Positions 9,091 through 18,096 of a stretch of 32,000 nt of DNA are shown piece by piece; the first letter of the stretch is position 1; each line of letters begins with the position of its first letter. The position numbers and the translations under genes were made by a program. Where the stretch lies: positions 480,001 to 512,000 of the forward strand of contig NC_013849.1 of assembly GCF_000025505.1 (NCBI RefSeq), in the 5' to 3' direction. Source of the stretch: Ferroglobus placidus DSM 10642. GTDB lineage: Archaea; Halobacteriota; Archaeoglobi; Archaeoglobales; Archaeoglobaceae. The notes beneath the pieces were generated by a model that was given only the letters and a program-made list of their open reading frames with translations, ran no database searches and had not been told where the DNA came from.

Positions 9091-10923
9091 TCAGATGTAC
9101 TCCTCTTCCTCCACCACAAGCAACCTCTTCAGAACGTAGTAGAGTATTGCAAGCGGCGCCACTGCGGCCGCAACTATTACGAATTCGTAGATGGGCAGCA
9201 TGAAGGGCTGTATCTTTCCAACATAAAAGCTGCCGTGGAGGGAATCCATGAACACATCCTCGCTGGCGTTGTACCAGTCATCTGGGATGGTTGATGGTAT
9301 GAAGTAGTTAACTGTACCGCTCTCGTTCACGGTAAACTCAAGATAGCCGTCTGTTGCGTTGATTGTGAAGGTTTTTGCCCTGAAGCTGATGTAAACGGGG
9401 CCCGTGTATGTTGAGGTATTGTTGTTGTAGGTGATGAACATTTTTACCGTGTATTCCGTCTCTCCTGGCTTGTGGCCTGGCTTAGCTTCCACCGTAACAT
9501 TAACACTGGGTTTGACCAGCTTTTTAACATGCTGGACAGTCCTAACGGGGTTGCCGAAGATGTCGAGGGGGATGATGCTGAGATTGCCGGGGCTGAGATT
9601 GCCACCACCACCAAGGCTGAGATTGCCGAGGCTGGTGCTACCACTGACACCTCCACTACCGCCAGCCCTCACACACATCATCTCAACATCGAATGGCTTA
9701 ATCTCGCTCTTGAAGTTCGGCACGCTAACTGTTGCATTCCTCACCTCCTCCTTCTCAATCCAGGCTGAGATGGGGAGGATGCTGAATGAGGGTATGGATG
9801 CGATGAAGTATGCGGGCTCGTCCAGGCTTACGTGATCTGATCCAGCATATCCGCTTTTACCTGCCGTTCTGTGGATGTAGGCGTCCGTTATAACCCTGTA
9901 GGTTGTGTAGTATCTGAGCCCTTTAACGGCGGGAGTGAGGGTGGAGGAGGGAGAGGGAGTGCTGCTTCCTGAACTGCCGGAACCAGAACTGGGAGCCCAG
10001 GCGAGGCTGGCAACACCATCGTTGAGGAATATGCACTGCTCAACCGGCTTCTCCCTGAGAAGAGTGTAGATCTGGACGGGCTCGGAGTTTACGATTCTCA
10101 GACTGTCTTCCACCGTGAGCGTGTACGTGTGGTATCTGTATTTGGTGATGTAGTATGTGTGGCAGTGTGTGTGGCAGTGCCCTTCGTCGTCGCAGGATGT
10201 GGAGCAGCTGGTGTGCTTTTCAATTATCTTCTCCTTAACCACAACCTTTATTGTGGCAGTAGCCCTTACACTGTCACTGCCCTCAACCTCAATATCAACC
10301 ACATCCCTATCTCCACCACCCCTCTTCGTGTTCTTGCCGGTAATTGCGACCTCTGCTGAGTGGCTTTCGAGGTAGTAATAGTGTTTTGGATAGCTGCCCG
10401 TTTTATCCGACGGTAGCTGAACCCTGTAATCCAGAAGGTATCCTACTGTCACACTTTTGTTCGCAGCAAATCCACTGTCAACCTCAACAAGCCCCTTAAC
10501 CGGTATTAGCTTTATGTATGCGTGTTTTATCACCCCACTGCTCCGTGTGCTCACTCCGGAGGGGACTGCACTTGCCCATTCATCCGTGTGGGGGAAAGAC
10601 TGGATGAACCTCCTGTTCTGCTCCTCCACCACAGAGGGAATGTACGGGAACACGAAGTCATAGTATTCAGCAGGATCTGAGGTGTTTGTCATATTGCCAC
10701 TTCTGTCCACATCATCTGACTGGTAAGTTCTCGGGAGGTCTGCGGTTGCAGGATGGATGAGGAGGGGCAGCATCAGCATAAGTGTCAGCAGAGTCATCAG
10801 TAATACAGGGGGGCTGAGTATGCGGGACATGCTTCGCAGGCCTCCAAGCACTTCCTGCTCCTCCAGTACACTCCTGTCCAGGCCACGACGTCCCGGCATA
10901 CTACGATCCCGATTCCGGTTCAC
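9091..10923 (-). CDS. large secreted/membrane-anchored surface protein
   Basis: N-terminal hydrophobic signal (PPVLLMTLLTLMLMLPLLIHPATAD), long Ser/Gly/Thr-rich ectodomain with many N-x-S/T sites, C-terminal TM EFVIVAAAVAPLAILYYVLKRLL plus charged tail. Confidence 0.75.
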   Translation of the reverse strand: MNRNRDRSMPGRRGLDRSVLEEQEVLGGLRSMSRILSPPVLLMTLLTLMLMLPLLIHPATADLPRTYQSDDVDRSGNMTNTSDPAEYYDFVFPYIPSVVEEQNRRFIQSFPHTDEWASAVPSGVSTRSSGVIKHAYIKLIPVKGLVEVDSGFAANKSVTVGYLLDYRVQLPSDKTGSYPKHYYYLESHSAEVAITGKNTKRGGGDRDVVDIEVEGSDSVRATATIKVVVKEKIIEKHTSCSTSCDDEGHCHTHCHTYYITKYRYHTYTLTVEDSLRIVNSEPVQIYTLLREKPVEQCIFLNDGVASLAWAPSSGSGSSGSSTPSPSSTLTPAVKGLRYYTTYRVITDAYIHRTAGKSGYAGSDHVSLDEPAYFIASIPSFSILPISAWIEKEEVRNATVSVPNFKSEIKPFDVEMMCVRAGGSGGVSGSTSLGNLSLGGGGNLSPGNLSIIPLDIFGNPVRTVQHVKKLVKPSVNVTVEAKPGHKPGETEYTVKMFITYNNNTSTYTGPVYISFRAKTFTINATDGYLEFTVNESGTVNYFIPSTIPDDWYNASEDVFMDSLHGSFYVGKIQPFMLPIYEFVIVAAAVAPLAILYYVLKRLLVVEEEEYI

Positions 10924-11003
10924 AATATGCGCCCCGGAACTCTCCTCCCCACACCCTCACCAAACACCCTCACTCCCTCACATCACTCCCTCACCAACCC
11001 TCT

Positions 11004-12911
11004 TCAGAGCAGGTTCATGAACAGAATCCCGGTGATAAGCGTGACTGATAGCATGACAGCAAGCGGAGATGCAATGCGCCTCAGATCACCTCTTGTTGCT
11101 GCAACACCAACTGCCGCGGACATGCTGACTATGTAGCTTGCATGTCTCAGAACCGTTCTCACCTGGTTTATCACAAATGGGCTGATCGAAAATCCAAGGC
11201 TCCTTCCAGATCCTGCTGCAGCTGTTGTAGCCTGCCCGAGCTTCTCGAACTGGCCGAGCAGCATTGCTGAGATTGCAACTGCAATGCCCAGGAAGAGCAG
11301 AGCCGCCAGAACCATCATGCCGCCGTAGGTTTTTGCAACCGAATCCCTCTCCTTCCTGAAAGCATTTAGCCTCATCAGCTCTCCAACAAGGCTTATGAGG
11401 ACCTGCGTAACCCTCCCGCTCACATCAACGGTCTTTGAAAGTATCCTCGCTGCAAGCCTTAAGTCGGTGCTTGGAGTGATTCTGAAAAGCCACTGGAAGG
11501 CCCTGTCCCTCGATATGCCCCTGTCAAGCATCTCGGCAAAAACCTTAACATATTTGCTCAAAGGTGGCCTTGCCTCCTCAGCTGCAAGCTTGAAGGCTGT
11601 TGTCGTGTCCTTCCCAGCCTCAGCGAGGGAGAGGACTCTGTTGAAGTAGAGGGGGAGCTGCGCTGACAGCTTCTCATCCTCCTTAATCCACTTCCTGAGC
11701 ATTACTGCTGATACTGCTGAACCAATTACAGTGAGAGCAAGAGTCCAGAACTCCAGGTTTCCGGGGATGTGGTGGAGGTGGCTTAAGACTCCGAGCAGCA
11801 CTCCGATCAAAGCAGCAGCAGGAATTACTGCGAGCCGCTTTATCCCCGGCCTCTCCACCCCTTTCTCAGGAGATAGACCGTACAGGGCAATGATCAGGGC
11901 AAGGGATGAGAGTGGCATGAATCCATAGACGAGCCCGTAAACCATCGAGATGTCTGCCTGCCCGGCTATGCTCTTGGCGAGCTGTATCGACACAACCATT
12001 GTCGGGATTGCGAGGCTGACGGTGAGGTAAACCTCTGCAATCATCTCAAGCTTCTTCAGATACTCTGTGTACATGATCTTCCTCTCAACCTCCAGGCTTT
12101 CAATCCTCTCCTCCATGTACCTCCCCAGATCACCGCCGGCCTCCATAACACCCACAATACCTCTCAGCAGATCTGCAAGCTTCGCTGACGGAGTTGTTGC
12201 AGCAACCTCAAGCATTGCTGCCTTCAGCGTTGTATTTCCATATCTTACAGCATAATATATTCTTGCGAACTCCTTGGATATCTCACCTAGATCCATTGTA
12301 ACGAGCTCTTTAACGGCCTCCATAATAGAAATGCCTGCCTTTGCAAATCCGAGGAGGGTTATGTAGAGGGTGTGGAGGTTGAAGTCTATGTCCTCTCGCC
12401 TTGATGAGATTTTCCCCTTCAGAGATGCGACGAAGAGGATGGTGAAGATAAAGGGCTGGGAGGTGTAGGCTGTAATTGCATAGATGTAGGGCCTTGTCCA
12501 GTCAGGAATGGGGATCGAGATTGGCAGGGAGAGTATAATGTGACTGCGGAACAGGGTTCCGAGCAGAAATCCGATAACTGCAAGAGTGAGTGCAATGGTG
12601 GAGGAGGCTATGCTTATATTTCTCAGATACTTTTCAGGGAAGAGGATTCCCGCCTTCTTGAAATCATCCCTGTACTCCTCAAGAAGCTGAGGAGGGTACA
12701 TTCCCGGGATGAACAGCCTGAGGGAATCCTTTATCCCTCCCTCCTCCTCCACTCCCTCTATCTTTGCCCCAGCCCTCCGTCTCCTGTGTATTAAAGCCAC
12801 AGCGATTACCGCAACCACCACAACAACTGCGGCAGCGATCACAGCAGTGGAATGCGGGAGCGTATTGAGTCGCAGATTGGACAGCAGATTAGATATGATG
12901 CTCACGTTCAT
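11004..12911 (-). CDS. TadC/FlaJ-like type II/IV secretion platform membrane protein
   Basis: 635 aa with multiple TM segments; duplicated T2SF-like regions (YYAVRYGNTTLKAAMLEVAATTPSAKLADLLRGIVGVMEAGGDLGRYMEERI...; FNRVLSLAEAGKDTTTAFKLAAEEARPPLSKYVKVFAEMLDRG). Confidence 0.75.
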   Translation of the reverse strand: MNVSIISNLLSNLRLNTLPHSTAVIAAAVVVVVAVIAVALIHRRRRAGAKIEGVEEEGGIKDSLRLFIPGMYPPQLLEEYRDDFKKAGILFPEKYLRNISIASSTIALTLAVIGFLLGTLFRSHIILSLPISIPIPDWTRPYIYAITAYTSQPFIFTILFVASLKGKISSRREDIDFNLHTLYITLLGFAKAGISIMEAVKELVTMDLGEISKEFARIYYAVRYGNTTLKAAMLEVAATTPSAKLADLLRGIVGVMEAGGDLGRYMEERIESLEVERKIMYTEYLKKLEMIAEVYLTVSLAIPTMVVSIQLAKSIAGQADISMVYGLVYGFMPLSSLALIIALYGLSPEKGVERPGIKRLAVIPAAALIGVLLGVLSHLHHIPGNLEFWTLALTVIGSAVSAVMLRKWIKEDEKLSAQLPLYFNRVLSLAEAGKDTTTAFKLAAEEARPPLSKYVKVFAEMLDRGISRDRAFQWLFRITPSTDLRLAARILSKTVDVSGRVTQVLISLVGELMRLNAFRKERDSVAKTYGGMMVLAALLFLGIAVAISAMLLGQFEKLGQATTAAAGSGRSLGFSISPFVINQVRTVLRHASYIVSMSAAVGVAATRGDLRRIASPLAVMLSVTLITGILFMNLL

Positions 12912-13041
12912 GATATCACCCCTCTTTCCACATTTTCAGCCTCTCTTTTCCCATCCATGATCTCGCCCCATCCAGCGCCATCCAGCGCGTTCTGTCCCTG
13001 CCTGTTCCAGCCACTATTGCACATTCTCAACATCACCCAAA

Positions 13042-14250
13042 TCACCCCTCAATCACAAACGCCACCTCATACGTTGATCCGTCAGGCCGGGTAATGGATG
13101 CAACAACTGTATCCACACCGCCTGCACTCTTCGCAACCACTGAAGCTACTCCAAAATCGTTCGAGTTAACCTTAATAGATGTCCCCGTGTTTTTGCCGTC
13201 AGTAAGTGTTGTGGATGAGTTGAGGCTCGTGAAAGTAACTGTTACACCGGGAACGGGGTTGTTGAAAGTGTCTCTCACTTCAGCAGCGAGGGTTGCCGGA
13301 GTTGTTACAGCCCTTGCTGTGAGCCTGTAGAGGTAGTGATGCTCTGCCCTCTCATCCTCAAATCCCGCAGCCCCCAGTATAAGTTTGTAGGTTACACCTC
13401 TCATGAGCTCTATCACCACGTAGTCTCCCTGCATACTTACAGAGGACACGTAGCTCGAATCTGTGCTGTCAAAGTACTGCTTCCAGAAGTCCAGGGGGAG
13501 GGAGGTTTTTAGGAGGATCGTGATTGGTCTTCCACCTCCAGCATCAGTAACGGCAATCCCCTCCCCGTTACCACCGCTGTAGCAGTAGAGTGTTCCGCTT
13601 ACAGCAACACCGCTCTCGGAGAGGTTGCCCTCAAACATGGGGATGTAAACAGTCCTGCCATCAACAATATTTGTCCCACCAACATAGCTGTACTCCGTCT
13701 TCCCAACAGCAACAGCCCCATACTCCACCCTCGTCTCTCCAGGATCAAAGTAAACGTATGAAGGGATGAAGAGGAGGGACTTGCCGGTCAGAACGATCTC
13801 CCTCCCATTCCACACATCCTGTAAATCAGGATCCACAGCTACTGCATTGCGTATCCTTATCTCAGCTGAATATGTTGAGATTGCACCGGAGAAGGTGTTG
13901 GGTGTTGAGAAGAGGGGGATTGTGGGGTAGCTGCCTCCAAGCGTTAGGGAGTACGATCCGGTTTTGCCCTGAAGAGTAATCCTTTCAACATCACCTGTGA
14001 GGGCGATGAGATCCTTAACAGTCTCTGCAAACTGCCTTGTTTCATAGCTTGAGCAGATCTGCGGAACACCATATACCTGGTAGTAGGTGTACATGGCGGA
14101 GAGGAGCATAAGGACTAAGGCAAAGCCAACGAGTGGAGAAAGGGCTCTGCTGTCTGACAGCAGGTGGGGGTGGGAGTGAGGGGGAGTAGGACTTAGGGTA
14201 GATGTGGGTGTTGTAGTCAGGCTCGCCACCACAGCCACCACACTCACCAC
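13042..14250 (-). CDS. pseudopilin-like secreted protein with C-terminal Big-like (immunoglobulin) domain
   Basis: Hydrophobic pilin-like segment SRALSPLVGFALVLMLLSAMYTYYQVYG; C-terminal TTPATLAAEVRDTFNNPVPGVTVTFTS...DFGVASVVAKS resembles Big_1. Start is uncertain; GTG at 14250 overlaps the ATPase stop. Confidence 0.65.
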   Translation of the reverse strand: MVSVVAVVASLTTTPTSTLSPTPPHSHPHLLSDSRALSPLVGFALVLMLLSAMYTYYQVYGVPQICSSYETRQFAETVKDLIALTGDVERITLQGKTGSYSLTLGGSYPTIPLFSTPNTFSGAISTYSAEIRIRNAVAVDPDLQDVWNGREIVLTGKSLLFIPSYVYFDPGETRVEYGAVAVGKTEYSYVGGTNIVDGRTVYIPMFEGNLSESGVAVSGTLYCYSGGNGEGIAVTDAGGGRPITILLKTSLPLDFWKQYFDSTDSSYVSSVSMQGDYVVIELMRGVTYKLILGAAGFEDERAEHHYLYRLTARAVTTPATLAAEVRDTFNNPVPGVTVTFTSLNSSTTLTDGKNTGTSIKVNSNDFGVASVVAKSAGGVDTVVASITRPDGSTYEVAFVIEG

Positions 14251-17200
14251 CTCTCCTCACCCAGCCCCTCCTGCCTCTCCTGCTCCTCTGACTCCTCCTG
14301 CCCTACCGATGGTACATCCTGCCCTTCTGATTCTGCCCTGTCCTCTGACAGATTATCTCCTTTTCCTCCCTCCCTCTTCCTTCCCTCGATCACACCCTCC
14401 TTCTTCATGTCTCTTATTTTTGTCTTTACAGCGCTGTAGCTCCTGTTGAGCGATTCTGCAATCTCCCGCAGAGGTTTCCCCTGTGTGTAAAGCTCGATCA
14501 GCTCCTGGATTTCCTCATCAGTCCATTTCCTTACACCACTTCCAGCTTCGCTCCTTTCGCTCTCTCCTTCTCTTCTCTCTCCCGCCTCTACTGCCTCTTC
14601 TGTCTCTGTAACCTCTACTGCCTCTTCCGTCTCGGCATCTACTGATCCTGCTCTTCCTGCTTCCTCTACCCCTCCCGTCTCTGCCTCTCCCTCACTTCCT
14701 GTTCCTGCAGCCTCATCCTCTACCCCACCTGCTCCTCCTACTCTATCTACTGCTTCCTGCTGAACAGCACTCACAACACCCTCTTCTTCCTCCATCAATT
14801 CTGACTCCACAGCTCGTAAAATCTCCATCCATTCCTCCTCCTTCTTTTTCTCTTCCTCTCTCTCTTCCTCCCTCATCCTGACTTCACCAATCTCTTCTCT
14901 CCCTACCTCCTCTGATACCTCCACGCCCTCCACTTTCCCTACTTCCTCCACCTTCTCTGACCCCTCTACCTCTTCCTCTTCCTCTGCCTCCCTTACCTCC
15001 TCTGCCTCACCTACATCCAATGTTTCTGCCACTCCTGCCGCTGTTCTCTCCACCTCTTTTACATCTCCCATCTCTCCCCCCTCCCCTACCACACCCTCAT
15101 CCACCTCCCTGCATGCTACTGCCTCGCTCTCGCCCTCCGCTACCCCTACCTCTCTCACCCATGCTGTATCCTCCTCTTTCACCTCTACCTCTCCCTCCGT
15201 CTCCGCCTCTGTCCCTACCTCCTCTGTCCCTACCTCCGACCCAATCTCTGCTTTCCCTACCACTACCTCTGTCCCTACCTCCCCTATCTCTGCTCCCTCA
15301 CCTACCTCTGCTGCCTCTACTCCCTCACCTACCACCTCACCTACCTCTACCCCCGTCCCTACCTCCTCTGTCCCTACCTCTGCTCCAACATCTGCTACCT
15401 CCACTTCCTCGCCTACCTCTGCCTCAGTTACTCTCGCTCCCTCTACCTCTGTCCCTACCACTTCTCCTTCCCGCACTTCCCCTTCTTTACCCTCCCATAC
15501 TTCTCCCTCCCCTGCCTCTTCCTGTCCCTCCTCTCTGTCTCCTTCCGCACCTACCATGCCCTCCAGGCCCTCCAGGTCATCCACACTCAGGCCCTGCAAA
15601 CTCTCCTCACTCCCCACACCCTCTGCAATTTCTGCACTTTCTGCACCAGCAAGCCCCTCTGCACCAGCAAGCTCTGCAGCCTCCACACTGAGCTCAGTTA
15701 TAGATTCAGCAGGCTCGGCAGATTCAGAAGTTGATTCAACTCCTGCCACACCCACAGATTCAGCTACACGCCCTAAATGGATCCTCTCAAAGAACCTTCT
15801 GTAATCTGCCCCCTCCTCCGCAAGCCTCCTGATCAGCCTTGTTCTCCTCTCCAGATCCTTCACAAGCTCCTCCCGTGATCTGCCCGTCCTCTCCGAGATG
15901 CGGTGAAGGATCCCTGAGAGATCGAGTTTCCTGTGCAAATCCCTCGGCCCGTCCCACCGGAAGAGAGGGGTGAGTTTTATGCCCTCCCCTGCCCTCACTC
16001 CCGCTATCTCTCCACCCTCTCCAGCTCCTTCCTCCTCTCCAACCAGCCATATTCCGCTGCACCTTCTGAACACCCTGTCCCCCCTCCTGAAGCTCCCTAC
16101 CACCACAACCAGATCTAAATTCAGAATCATAGCTCTCGGAACAGAGTAGGGAGGGCTCATCAGCCTGTTAATCACAGCCTCAGCACTGCTGCCGTGGACT
16201 GTGGAAAGGCACGTGTGGCCGAGGGCCATTGCCTGGAACATGATTTCAACCTCCTTCCCTCTCACCTCTCCAACTATGATGTACTCAGGCCTCTGTCTCA
16301 GAGCTGCCTTCAGCAGGGCGAACATGTCTATTCTGTCAGTTGCAACCGAGGGGATCCAGTTCTTGTGTGGCAGCAGAACTTCCCTTGTATCCTCTATGGA
16401 CACAACCTTGGAGTGGTATGGTATGAAGAGTGCTGTCGCGTTCATTGCAGTCGTTTTTCCTGCTGCTGTACCTCCAACAAACAGCATCGATCCATTCGAC
16501 TCAAGGCAGAGCCAGAGTAGGGCGAGCTCTTCAGCCGAAAAGGAGTTCCACCTCACAAGATCCACGGGGGTGACAGGAGTTTTCTTCACCTTCCTCACGG
16601 TGAATGTTGATCCGTGATCTGTAACCTCGCTCCTGAATGTCAGCTGAACTCTACTGCCATCATACAGGGTTGTGTCAGCAATTGGGTTTGCCATGCTGAT
16701 CTCAATACCCCTCCGCTGTGCAACAGCCAGAACGAAGTCGTCAAGCTCCTCATTGCTCATCACAATGTTTGTGGGGATGCTCTCGTACAGGCTGTGGTAA
16801 ACAAAGACGGGTTTGTTGTATCCGCTGCAGGATATGTCCTCAATAAACCGGTCCTTGAGGAGGGGGGTTATGCGGCCCGCATAGATACAGTCCCTCTCAA
16901 GGTAGTACCACATCTTTGCGATGGTTTCCAGTTCCAGCTTAAGCTCCTGTTCCGGCTCATGTTCACGTTTGCGTTTGTGTTCACGTTTAGTGGGTAATTC
17001 TGTGAGTATGACTTCCTTGAACGCCTCGAATAAAGTTTCCCTGTCGTCCTCCGAGGCGTGCAGGGGGACCCTTTCAAGCACCCTCTCCTTCAGATCCTGG
17101 AGGAACTCAACCTCCTTATTTGTGAGGTCGGGTTCAAGCAGGGCGTAGAAGTATCCCTTGCCATCTGTAAGGATTTGCGCTGCTGCAAAGGGCATCTCCA

Positions 17201-17330
17201 GCCAGTAGTGCTCAACCTCCCTGTATCCCTCCGGTATATCGGCGGACAGCTTTACATTTACACCTCTCAGATCCTCCATTGTAAAGTCAGGTACCTCTTT
17301 CTTTCGGCGGAAGGGAAGTGGAAATTTCAT
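14244..17330 (-). CDS. TadA/VirB11/GspE-family secretion ATPase with very long acidic low-complexity tail and C-terminal HTH module
   Basis: Walker A FVGGTAAGKTT; Walker B/His-box PEYIIVGEVRGKEVEIMFQAMALGHTCLSTVHGSSAEAVINRL; Glu/Val/Gly-rich tail; terminal KWTDEEIQELIELYTQGKPLREIAESLNRSYSAVKTKI. Confidence 0.9.
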   Translation of the reverse strand: MKFPLPFRRKKEVPDFTMEDLRGVNVKLSADIPEGYREVEHYWLEMPFAAAQILTDGKGYFYALLEPDLTNKEVEFLQDLKERVLERVPLHASEDDRETLFEAFKEVILTELPTKREHKRKREHEPEQELKLELETIAKMWYYLERDCIYAGRITPLLKDRFIEDISCSGYNKPVFVYHSLYESIPTNIVMSNEELDDFVLAVAQRRGIEISMANPIADTTLYDGSRVQLTFRSEVTDHGSTFTVRKVKKTPVTPVDLVRWNSFSAEELALLWLCLESNGSMLFVGGTAAGKTTAMNATALFIPYHSKVVSIEDTREVLLPHKNWIPSVATDRIDMFALLKAALRQRPEYIIVGEVRGKEVEIMFQAMALGHTCLSTVHGSSAEAVINRLMSPPYSVPRAMILNLDLVVVVGSFRRGDRVFRRCSGIWLVGEEEGAGEGGEIAGVRAGEGIKLTPLFRWDGPRDLHRKLDLSGILHRISERTGRSREELVKDLERRTRLIRRLAEEGADYRRFFERIHLGRVAESVGVAGVESTSESAEPAESITELSVEAAELAGAEGLAGAESAEIAEGVGSEESLQGLSVDDLEGLEGMVGAEGDREEGQEEAGEGEVWEGKEGEVREGEVVGTEVEGARVTEAEVGEEVEVADVGAEVGTEEVGTGVEVGEVVGEGVEAAEVGEGAEIGEVGTEVVVGKAEIGSEVGTEEVGTEAETEGEVEVKEEDTAWVREVGVAEGESEAVACREVDEGVVGEGGEMGDVKEVERTAAGVAETLDVGEAEEVREAEEEEEVEGSEKVEEVGKVEGVEVSEEVGREEIGEVRMREEEREEEKKKEEEWMEILRAVESELMEEEEGVVSAVQQEAVDRVGGAGGVEDEAAGTGSEGEAETGGVEEAGRAGSVDAETEEAVEVTETEEAVEAGERREGESERSEAGSGVRKWTDEEIQELIELYTQGKPLREIAESLNRSYSAVKTKIRDMKKEGVIEGRKREGGKGDNLSEDRAESEGQDVPSVGQEESEEQERQEGLGEERW
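14433..14530 (-). other. HTH-encoding segment, duplicated (inverted) at ~17830-17925
   Basis: LIELYTQGKPLREIAESLNRSY (22 aa) is identical in both proteins; nt 14440-14471 is the exact reverse complement of 17885-17916. Confidence 0.85.
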
Positions 17331-17350
17331 ACTACTACATTGTGCTAATA

Positions 17351-17362
17351 GTATATAACTTT
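17351..17362 (-). promoter_or_regulatory. putative TATA/BRE promoter box AAAGTTATATAC
   Basis: Sits 21-32 nt upstream of the ATPase start; identical to the 12-mer at 3049-3060. Confidence 0.5.
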
Positions 17363-17431
17363 ATCACTCACAAGTATTATATGCTTCCATGACAAGTTAA
17401 GGTGAGGTAGGGGTTAAGGTAGGGTGATAAA

Positions 17432-18034
17432 ATGGGTAAGACTGATGTGAGCGAGCAGGCCAAGGTAGACGTTGAGTTTGGCTGTTTTCAAGACTTCCAG
17501 GACTACAGGTGTGGGGGTAGGGATTGCAGGGATTGTACTTTCCGGGAAGATTGTGTAGAGCTGAAGGTTAGAGAGATCACGAGAATAATTCTTCAGACTG
17601 AGGAAAGGGTACCGAGCGGCGTTCTCGCCACAATCTTCAACGTACCAGAACAGCTTGTCAAAAAAATAAGGAGCTATGTTGAGCGGGAGATTGTCAGAAA
17701 GAAGATACTGGGAGAAAAGGCAAAACAGTGGCAGACCGCCCAGGCAGAGCATAGACAGGCTACCAAGCAAGAAGAGGAGACAAAGCGGAGAAAAAACCCC
17801 AGGGCAAAAACAAAGGCAAAGGTGAGGAGGTGGACATACGAGGAGACCCAGAAGCTGATTGAGCTTTACACGCAGGGAAAACCACTGCGGGAGATTGCAG
17901 AATCGCTCAACAGGAGTTACAGAGCAGTGGAAAAAAGGCTGTACAAACTGAGAGAGGAAGGGGTAGTGGGGGTTAGAGTGGGGGGTGGTGGGAAAGAGGG
18001 AGGAGGTGTGGGTGGGGGTGTGGGAGGTGCATGA
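17432..18034 (+). CDS. Cys-rich N-terminal protein with C-terminal HTH (paralogous to the ATPase tail) and Gly-rich tail
   Basis: CFQDFQDYRCGGRDCRDCTFREDC at N-terminus; RWTYEETQKLIELYTQGKPLREIAESLNRSYRAVEKRLYKLREEG at C-terminus; GGTAGGGTGA ribosome-binding site. Confidence 0.75.
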   Translation: MGKTDVSEQAKVDVEFGCFQDFQDYRCGGRDCRDCTFREDCVELKVREITRIILQTEERVPSGVLATIFNVPEQLVKKIRSYVEREIVRKKILGEKAKQWQTAQAEHRQATKQEEETKRRKNPRAKTKAKVRRWTYEETQKLIELYTQGKPLREIAESLNRSYRAVEKRLYKLREEGVVGVRVGGGGKEGGGVGGGVGGA

Positions 18035-18096
18035 TGCAAAAAGTGGTGCTGAAGGAAAAGAAGGAGGGAGAGAGGAAGAGGAGGAGGTGAGGTAAG

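Noticed and set aside
9431-9835. Plus-strand ORFs inside the large surface-protein gene (9431..9835, 9472..9768)
   Set aside because: Antisense to a convincing secreted protein gene, with no ribosome-binding site or domain.
15020-15691. Plus-strand 223-aa Pro/Leu-rich ORF (MFLPLLPLFSPPLLHLP...)
   Set aside because: Antisense shadow of the acidic low-complexity tail of the ATPase; composition explained by the opposite-strand GAG/GTG codons.
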